From contig JBECKX010000113.1 in assembly GCA_040235515.1 (NCBI GenBank), forward strand, positions 1-16,718: 16,718 bases of DNA. The letters run 5' to 3'. The translations under genes were made by a program, and so were the position numbers. How positions within the stretch are numbered: position 1 is the first letter of the stretch; the number at the start of each line of letters is the position of its first letter. The notes under the pieces are model-generated. The model ran no database searches and was not told the origin of the DNA. It saw only the letters and a program-made list of their open reading frames with translations. This stretch comes from Candidatus Zixiibacteriota bacterium. Its GTDB lineage: Bacteria > Zixibacteria > MSB-5A5 > CAIYYT01. Shown here one piece after another: positions 1 to 6,086 of the stretch.

Positions 1-14
1 GTAAGGAATTGAAG

Positions 15-776
15 ATGAAACGACTGATTCTGCCAACTCTGATTCTCGCGTTGTTGCTCCTTGGTTCGATGACCCACGCATCTGACCGGGTCTTGATTGT
101 TGTCACCAGTCATTCACAGATGGGTGATACCGGCAAACCCACCGGGTTCTGGCTGGCGGAGTTGACCCATCCATATTATGTCATCAAGGATGCCGGCTAC
201 GACTTGGATGTGGCCAGTATCGCGGGGGGAGTCGCCCCGATCGATCCGCGTAGCATGGACACTACTGATGCGGTCAATAAACGCTTTTTGAGTGATGCTG
301 ACTTGATGTCCCGCGTGCTTGCCAGTAAGAAGCTCTCCGATATCGATCCCGCCAACTATGCCGCGATTTTATTCAGCGGCGGGCATGGCGCAATGTGGGA
401 TTTCCCCGGCGATCCGGCGGTCAACAAGGTTTCGGCGAGTATCTACGAGGATGGGGGCGTGGTTGCAGCGGTATGCCACGGCCCTGCTGCGCTCTCAGAG
501 ATCAAGCTCTCTGACGGCAAGTATCTGCTCGACGGTAAGCGTTTTGCGGCGTTTACCAATGAGGAAGAAACCAAGGTCGGGCTCGAGAAAACCGTTCCTT
601 TCTTACTGCAGGATCGATTGACCGAACGCGGTGGGATTCAGGTACCGGGAGAGGCGTGGCAAGCGAATGCCGTATCGGATCAGCGGTTGGTAACGGGACA
701 AAATCCGCAATCGGCGCATCGCGTCGGCGAGCTGATTGTCGAGGCGCTCAAGGCACGACCTGAACCCGCGAGATAA
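15..776 (+). CDS. DJ-1/PfpI-family (type 1 glutamine amidotransferase-like, Hsp31/YDR533c-like) protein with N-terminal signal peptide
   Basis: Motifs TGFWLAELTHPY (conserved Glu), FSGGHGAMWDF, nucleophile elbow AAVCHGP and LVTGQNPQSA are typical of the family. The N-terminus MKRLILPTLILALLLLGSMTHA looks like a Sec signal peptide. Start placed at ATG 15 because AAGGA (3-7) lies 7 nt upstream; the track uses TTG at 9. Confidence 0.9.
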   Translation: MKRLILPTLILALLLLGSMTHASDRVLIVVTSHSQMGDTGKPTGFWLAELTHPYYVIKDAGYDLDVASIAGGVAPIDPRSMDTTDAVNKRFLSDADLMSRVLASKKLSDIDPANYAAILFSGGHGAMWDFPGDPAVNKVSASIYEDGGVVAAVCHGPAALSEIKLSDGKYLLDGKRFAAFTNEEETKVGLEKTVPFLLQDRLTERGGIQVPGEAWQANAVSDQRLVTGQNPQSAHRVGELIVEALKARPEPAR

Positions 777-882
777 CAGCGGCCTATATCGCCCCTGCCG
801 GAGCTGAGATAAGTAGTTGTCCCACGTCGTTGAATATCCTAATTGATCATCCGGGTAAAAGAAAACTGCGGCAGGGTTCAGC

Positions 883-2700
883 ATGAAGCTACCATCTCTA
901 TCACAGATATGGTCCGACTATAGCGCAACATTTCGGCGCTTTCCACTCACTTTGATCAGTGCGCTGATTGGCACAATTGTGGCACTCATGCTGGTCGAAC
1001 AGGAGGCTTCGCCAGAGCCCTCCATCCTCTACAGCATACTTCTCACCACCATCCTTGCACTCCCTCTGTTGCCCGCCCTGAAGCTCACCGCCGAGAGGAA
1101 CAGCAACAAGCAGGGGAGCATCTGGGGCCTGCAGGCTTTAGGGGTCGTAATTTTGTTGGTGCACGCACTGAGTGTACCTGCCGACCTCTACCGCGCGCCG
1201 ATGATACATGGCTTTCGATTCTCTGCGTTCTCAGTAGCAGGAGTACTTCTGCTTGCAGCTCTTCCTTTTGTCCGCCACGGTGCGAACATCGGATTCTGGC
1301 AGTTCAACAAGACCCTGGTGTTTCGAGTTATTCTGGCTGAGGCATTCGCGGTCGTTCTTTTCTCCGGTCTTGGCCTGGCGCTGGCCGCGCTGGACAATCT
1401 CTTCGGTGTGGATATCCCGGGTAAGAGGTACTTTGAACTCTGGATATTGATCCAGGGACTCTTCGTAGTCTCCTTCGTCCTCTCAGGCATTCCGGGAAGC
1501 CTTGCTGAGCTCGATCAAGTCACTGAGTATCCACGCTCGCTGAAGATATTGGGGCAATACGTGCTTGCGCCGCTGGTGCTCGTCTACTTCGTGATACTCT
1601 ATGCCTACATTGCGAAAATAGTTTTCACCTGGAGTTGGCCGCAAGGATGGGTGGGGCGGCTGATCCTCGGATTCTCAGCAACCGGGATTGTCGCGCTCTT
1701 CGTGCTTGATCCACTGCGCGAGAAAATGGAAAACTCCTGGATCAGGAAAGCATCAAACTGGTACTACCTGATTCTTCTTCCCCTTGTGGTCGTGCTCTTC
1801 CTCGCACTCTGGCGCCGGATCTCCGAGTATGGCATAACCGAGGATCGCTACCTCGGGCTGACAATCGGCGTATGGCTCGCATTCATCGCCGGCTATTTCC
1901 TGCTGAGTCGTTCGAAAAGTATCAAGATGATTCCGACATCGCTCTTTGTTCTTACGCTTATCATCTCTATCGGTCCCTGGGGAATGTTTGCAGTCGCGGA
2001 GCGAAGTCAGATCAACCGATTGGAAAGTATGCTCAGCGCCGATTCGATCCTGGTGGATGGCAAGATTCAGAAAGCGCCTTCGCCGGTGTCCGAGGAGCAC
2101 AGCGTCGAGATCAGCGCAATACTTCGCTACTTAAATGATGTCCATGGGTTTGCCGGGATCGAGCCATGGTTTGACCAGTCACTTCAAGCTGACTCAACGA
2201 TGACCCGGAGTCGGTACAAGTCCGCGGAGGACGTTGCGGCCTTAATGGGTGTCGAGTACAGCCTCTGGACAAGGGCCTCACTGGACAAATACTTCTCTGT
2301 GTATGTTGACCCGCAGGCTCCGATCTCTCTCTCCGGATATGATCAGATGCTACATGCGCAGTTTGGAGGTCGTGTGACCTGGGTTGACTCGACAAAGCAA
2401 TCGAAGGTGGTGAAGGTTGAGACAGATTCCGTTTCGATTTTGCTGCGATTCTTAGCTGATAATGCATCTGCAGATACGATTAGAATCCCCCTCACGACTC
2501 TTATCGATCGCGCGGACTCTGTACGAACCAGCATTTATGAATCACTCTTACCGCTTGAGCAAGCGATGCTGGAGTTCGAGGATGACAACTACAAGACTAA
2601 AGTCGTTATGCTCAGGGCAAATCTTCGACGGAGCGAGGGTGGTGTGGTGGTGAACTCTTATGAGACCCTCGTTCTCTACTCACGCAAGGGTGAAGACTAG
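883..2700 (+). CDS. DUF4153-like polytopic membrane protein with soluble C-terminal domain (605 aa)
   Basis: About 10 hydrophobic segments in the first ~370 aa. Motifs RFPLTL, YPRSLKILGQYVLAPLVLVYFVILYAY and RISEYGITEDRY are recalled as typical of DUF4153 proteins. The C-terminal third is hydrophilic. Confidence 0.75.
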   Translation: MKLPSLSQIWSDYSATFRRFPLTLISALIGTIVALMLVEQEASPEPSILYSILLTTILALPLLPALKLTAERNSNKQGSIWGLQALGVVILLVHALSVPADLYRAPMIHGFRFSAFSVAGVLLLAALPFVRHGANIGFWQFNKTLVFRVILAEAFAVVLFSGLGLALAALDNLFGVDIPGKRYFELWILIQGLFVVSFVLSGIPGSLAELDQVTEYPRSLKILGQYVLAPLVLVYFVILYAYIAKIVFTWSWPQGWVGRLILGFSATGIVALFVLDPLREKMENSWIRKASNWYYLILLPLVVVLFLALWRRISEYGITEDRYLGLTIGVWLAFIAGYFLLSRSKSIKMIPTSLFVLTLIISIGPWGMFAVAERSQINRLESMLSADSILVDGKIQKAPSPVSEEHSVEISAILRYLNDVHGFAGIEPWFDQSLQADSTMTRSRYKSAEDVAALMGVEYSLWTRASLDKYFSVYVDPQAPISLSGYDQMLHAQFGGRVTWVDSTKQSKVVKVETDSVSILLRFLADNASADTIRIPLTTLIDRADSVRTSIYESLLPLEQAMLEFEDDNYKTKVVMLRANLRRSEGGVVVNSYETLVLYSRKGED

Positions 2701-2891
2701 GCGACGGCCCGGCGGCTTTCTCCCCACAGTTTCGCAACCATCTGCTTTCCTATTAAGATCGAGCCTTCTGGCGTTGCCTCGGGGTTGCGGCCGATGCAGA
2801 AATCAACCTTTCACCTGCGTTCATCTTTGGCTGAACCAGCCGGATGAATCGTTCTCGGACAGATAGCGCGTAGCAGTCGAGTACCTGCCAC

Positions 2892-2932
2892 AAAAGAAAA
2901 ACAGGCGCTTCAATCGCTTGAACGCCTGTTTT
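2892..2932 (-). terminator. Intrinsic terminator of the peroxiredoxin gene, possibly bidirectional
   Basis: Minus strand reads AAAACAGGCG-TTCAA-GCGA-TTGAA-G-CGCCTG-TTTTTCTTTT: a long stem with one bulge followed by a U tract, about 30 nt after the TAG at 2962. The plus strand also ends in TTTT. Confidence 0.85.
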
Positions 2933-2961
2933 CCAGTGTCAGGTTGATTACAGCTATGAAG

Positions 2962-3672
2962 CTATTGTGGCTGCCACACTTCCCACACTCTCCCGACCAG
3001 TTCGGGTCCTGGCTTAAGGGTTGGTTTACCGGGCTGCCACTCGGCAGGGCACGCTTCGGCGCCCTTAGTCTTGCGAACATGTTGGAAGGCGTGAATCTGG
3101 CGGATAGTTTCATCGATCATTCTTCCCACCGGAGGTGTCATAACCTCCATAGCCTGGATCACGCCATCGGGGTCGATCAGGAATCGGCCGCGAATATTGA
3201 CGCCGTTGTTTTCGTCGTATACGCCATATACTCTGCCGAGATTTCCTGCCCCGTCCGCGACCATCGGCCACGGAATGCCATTCTTGGTCATCTTCGCGAG
3301 TTCTGCTTCTTCCCAGATCTTGTGGACGAAGGTGCTGTCAACTGAGACTGAAAGAACTTCAACACCCAGTTTCTTCAATTCATCAAACTTGCCGGCGACC
3401 GTCGACAATTCGGTCGGTCAGACGAAGGTGAAATCGCCGGGGTAGAAGCAAAGGAGAACCCACTTGCCGGCGTAGTCGGAAAGCTTAACGCTTATAAATT
3501 TGCCCTTGTGATATGCGGGGGCTTGAAAATCGGGAGCCTTAGCTCCCACTCTTGCCACCATCATGCTTCCGCCTCCTGCTATAGACTTGGTCTCATTAGA
3601 TTGATCTGATTTCGGCGACTGGCCAATCACCGTACCGGTAGGTTTTGCGCAGCCAACATCTGCCTCAGCCAT
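2962..3672 (-). CDS. prxU: Selenocysteine-containing peroxiredoxin (AhpC/Prx1 family, PrxU type), 236 aa; in-frame UGA at 3418-3420 read as Sec
   Basis: Track ORFs 3418..3672 and 2962..3408 are in the same frame. They join as ...[11 protein letters not shown][TGA][11 protein letters not shown]..., so the UGA sits exactly at the peroxidatic Cys of the AhpC motif FYPxDFTFVCPTE. The resolving motif EACPAEW, VSVDS and [10 protein letters not shown] are intact. SD AGGAGGT lies just upstream of ATG 3672, and a SECIS-like hairpin follows the UGA. Confidence 0.93.
3389..3408 (-). promoter_or_regulatory. Putative bacterial SECIS element (upper stem-loop)
   Basis: mRNA after the UGA: CCGACCGAA, then UUGUCG-A-C-[GGUC]-G-C-CGGCAA. 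This is a 6-bp stem with one G-U pair, an A/C mismatch, a C-G closing pair and a G-first apical loop 18 nt after the UGA, consistent with the general bacterial SECIS model. An alternative CGACCG/CGGUCG pairing is also possible. Confidence 0.7.
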
Positions 3673-3718
3673 ACTACCTCCTGGAGAAAGCGACTGATCA
3701 ATGACTCTATACTCTGCA

Positions 3719-3745
3719 ATTATGGATCAAAGACTCCAAAGTCAA
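3719..3745 (-). promoter_or_regulatory. Possible sigma70-type promoter for prxU
   Basis: Minus strand TTGACT (3745-3740), a 15-nt spacer, then CATAAT (3724-3719), about 46 nt upstream of the ATG. Both hexamers match 5/6 but the spacer is short. Confidence 0.35.
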
Positions 3746-3930
3746 GGCGGATTACCGCGAAACACCCAGAATCGATCTGTGGCTTGGTGTTTGGCTGCGT
3801 AACTCTTTATCCCACAACATACCACTCCCTGCACGCCGCTGGACAGATCGTGAAGCGCCCCTGGCCGGATTCGGCGAAAAGATCGGCATTTTGCGCGGAA
3901 CTTCCGGGGAATTCGTGTGTTATATCGTTA

Positions 3931-4245
3931 ATGACAATAATCTTGCGCAAGTCTATCATTCTTCAGTTAGCTCTCGGACTGGCTTTCCTGTTCAATTTTG
4001 CGGTCCTTTACTCGCCGAGTTTTGCCGCGCTGGCGCAGTGCGAGTGTGAAGAGAACTGCGATGAACAGAGCGAAGCGGGCTGTGCCTGTTTCGACTGCAT
4101 TTCCACACCGATAGCTTGCGAGATTTCAGTCCCGGAATTTTCAGCTTCAACTACAATATCCCCATTCAGGCCATGTGCAGCCAGCGATCGTCCGGTAACT
4201 GAGTTTACCGAACGCCTCGACCGTCCACCCCAGAAGTCCCTCTAA
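3931..4245 (+). CDS. Small Cys-rich leader protein (104 aa), CzcI/DUF2946-like architecture, ending in DRPP
   Basis: ATG 3931 starts a hydrophobic signal/TM segment (SIILQLALGLAFLFNFAVL). Next come an acidic Cys cluster (CECEENCDEQSEAGCACFDC), a Ser/Thr/Pro-rich linker and a C-terminal LDRPPQKSL. It lies directly upstream of the metal RND genes. The track's TTG 3784 extension looks non-coding. Confidence 0.75.
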   Translation: MTIILRKSIILQLALGLAFLFNFAVLYSPSFAALAQCECEENCDEQSEAGCACFDCISTPIACEISVPEFSASTTISPFRPCAASDRPVTEFTERLDRPPQKSL

Positions 4246-4310
4246 GTAGTCTCTGGTCCTTTGGGCTGCCACGATTGAGAGCCCAAACAATTCACGTTTC
4301 CATAATCCCA

Positions 4311-4327
4311 TGACCCGATTCGGGTCA
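4311..4327. repeat. Perfect inverted repeat TGACCCGA-T-TCGGGTCA in the leader-adaptor intergenic region
   Basis: 8-bp arms at 4311-4318 and 4320-4327 with a 1-nt centre, read directly from the sequence. Function is unknown. Confidence 0.6.
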
Positions 4328-4399
4328 AGTCAAGCGATTGGCGCACGGCTGCGACTGCCGCAAAGGCGAGAAGCCTGTTGCCATTCGAGGAGAGCGACA

Positions 4400-6076
4400 A
4401 TGAACAAGAATATATGGCTGGTTGCGCTGCTGGTGGTGGCTGGTTGCGTAGCCGTAATCCTTCTAACCCGCACTACTGAAACAAGCAGCGATCCACACGA
4501 TCATGCCGGCCATTCTCATCTCGACCACAATTCAGCAGAAGCGGATATGGCCGATTGGTGCGCCGAGCACGCAGTTCCGGAGTCGGAATGCACCAGGTGT
4601 AATCGATCCCTGATTGAAAGTTTCAAGGCAGCGGGCGACTGGTGCCTGTCGCATGATCTGCCGGAATCTCACTGCCGCCTCTGCAACCCCGAGCTAGTCT
4701 TCCCTCAGGAACTACAAAATTCAGCCGGTACCCGGGTCTCTGATTGGTGCGCCGAACACGCCGTACCTGAGTCTCAATGCACGATCTGCAATCCGGCCCT
4801 GATTGAGACGTTCAAGGCCGCGGGCGACTGGTGCGCACCACATAATCTACCTGAATCGCATTGCCGTCTCTGCAACCCCGGCATAATGTTCCCCCAAGAA
4901 CAACTGCTGCTGGTGCAAGAGCAAGAACTGCCGGAGAGCTCGATCGAGGTTTCCCTCTACTTCAGACCCAACCGCAGTATCTGCGCGACGAATGACGCGT
5001 TGATCCGCTTCACCTCCGAGTCTACGGTTGAGCGCTCGGGCATCAGTACTGCGGCCGTCCTCGCGGCAAATCAGGAATCCACGATAGAAGCTCCCGCAGA
5101 AGCGAAGTTTGATGAAAACTCAACGATGGTGATCGCTTCCACCGCCCGGGTCGTGGTGTCAAGATGGTTGATCGAGCCGGGGGAAGTTGTTGAGAAAGGT
5201 GATCCGATTGCTGTGCTGCAATCCCCGGAAATCGCCGAGCTTCAGGCACGCGCGATTTCCGCAGCAGCGGAGCTGGAAGTCCAGGCACAGGAAGTCGCCA
5301 GACATCAATCGCTGATTGATAAAGAACTGATCACCAAAAGCGAGTTCGAACGGGTTCAGGCCCAATATCGCAAGGCTGAAGCGGACCTCACTGCGGTCCG
5401 AGGCTTGCTGCGGACGAGCGGGATGGGGAGTGACGACATCGAGAGATTGCTGACATCGCGGGATGTCTCAAATCAGTTCACCCTCAGGTCATCGGCTTCG
5501 GGATTGGTTGCGGAGCGGATAGCCCAGGTGGGCGAACTGCTTGAGGAGGGAGAACCGTTAGCGATACTCACGAATCCCGGCTCGATGTGGATCGAAGCCA
5601 GACTGACCGAGGACCAGATGCGGCACGTTGAAGTCGGGCAGAAACTGCTCTTCTCCACCGATCAACACTCGCTCGACAGGAGTACCGCTACGATCATCTG
5701 GGTGTCGCCCTACCTCGATCCTCATACTCGCACCGGAACAGTGCGAGCCAGGGTGGATCATGTTTCAGGTCAGTTGCGAGCAGGTGAGTTCGGTAATGCC
5801 TGGATCATGGGAGATACATCGGAGAAAGTCACGCTGGTGCCCAAGAACGCTGTGCAGTGGGAGGGTTGCTGTAATGTGGTGTTCGTGCGCGAAGCCAGGG
5901 ATCGCTTCCGCCCGCGCAAAGTAACGATTACCAACGGCCCCGATTCTTACTATCGCGTGATCCAGGGTGTTTCGGTGGGTGAAGAGGTAGTGGTCAAGGG
6001 CTCCTTCCTGTTAAAGACCGAACTGAAGAAATCAAGCATAGGCGCAGGTTGTTGCGGCATCGAGCCGGTCGGTTAA
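4400..6076 (+). CDS. Heavy-metal efflux RND periplasmic adaptor (CzcB/CusB-like membrane fusion protein), 558 aa, with N-terminal His-rich and Cys/His repeat extension
   Basis: SD GAGGAG (4387-4392) precedes ATG 4400. The protein has an N-terminal membrane anchor and HDHAGHSHLDH. MFP core motifs are PGEVVEKGDPIAVLQSPE, an alpha-hairpin, IIWVSPYLDPHTRTGTVRA, LVPKNAVQ and GEEVVVKGSFLLK. It ends 10 nt before the RND gene. Confidence 0.9.
   Translation: MNKNIWLVALLVVAGCVAVILLTRTTETSSDPHDHAGHSHLDHNSAEADMADWCAEHAVPESECTRCNRSLIESFKAAGDWCLSHDLPESHCRLCNPELVFPQELQNSAGTRVSDWCAEHAVPESQCTICNPALIETFKAAGDWCAPHNLPESHCRLCNPGIMFPQEQLLLVQEQELPESSIEVSLYFRPNRSICATNDALIRFTSESTVERSGISTAAVLAANQESTIEAPAEAKFDENSTMVIASTARVVVSRWLIEPGEVVEKGDPIAVLQSPEIAELQARAISAAAELEVQAQEVARHQSLIDKELITKSEFERVQAQYRKAEADLTAVRGLLRTSGMGSDDIERLLTSRDVSNQFTLRSSASGLVAERIAQVGELLEEGEPLAILTNPGSMWIEARLTEDQMRHVEVGQKLLFSTDQHSLDRSTATIIWVSPYLDPHTRTGTVRARVDHVSGQLRAGEFGNAWIMGDTSEKVTLVPKNAVQWEGCCNVVFVREARDRFRPRKVTITNGPDSYYRVIQGVSVGEEVVVKGSFLLKTELKKSSIGAGCCGIEPVG
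4553..4900 (+). repeat. Intragenic tandem duplication (period 189 nt / 63 aa), each copy with two DWC-x2-H-x2-PES-x-C-x2-CN units
   Basis: Copy 1 starts GATTGGTGCGCCGAGCAC at 4553; copy 2 starts GATTGGTGCGCCGAACAC at 4742. Units: DWCAEHAVPESECTRCN, DWCLSHDLPESHCRLCN, DWCAEHAVPESQCTICN, DWCAPHNLPESHCRLCN. Both copies end in FPQE. Confidence 0.95.
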
Positions 6077-6086
6077 AGGCGCCACT

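Noticed and set aside
800..880. TPP riboswitch-like words (GCTGAGA ... TGATC ... GGGTAA ... GCG..AGGG)
   Set aside because: The P2/P4/P5 pairings and the CCC...ACCTGA core cannot be formed, and the downstream gene has no thiamine link.
2962..3672. Peroxiredoxin as a nonsense pseudogene or two separate genes
   Set aside because: The stop is UGA precisely at the catalytic Cys position, with a SECIS-like hairpin and no other lesions. Sec recoding explains it better.
3784..3930. Track's N-terminal extension of the leader ORF from TTG 3784 (likewise 4310-4399 for the adaptor)
   Set aside because: The extensions precede clear signal/anchor sequences and look non-coding. ATG 3931 and SD-supported ATG 4400 are better starts.
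4246..4399. NiCo (czcD) or c-di-GMP riboswitch upstream of the efflux genes
   Set aside because: Stems are present, but I could not find the conserved core sequences or junction architecture of either family. An Rfam scan would settle it.
4553..4900. Multiheme cytochrome c or CRISPR-like interpretation of the repeats
   Set aside because: The motifs are CxxCN, not CxxCH. The repeats are in-frame, degenerate at synonymous sites and lack a repeat-spacer structure.
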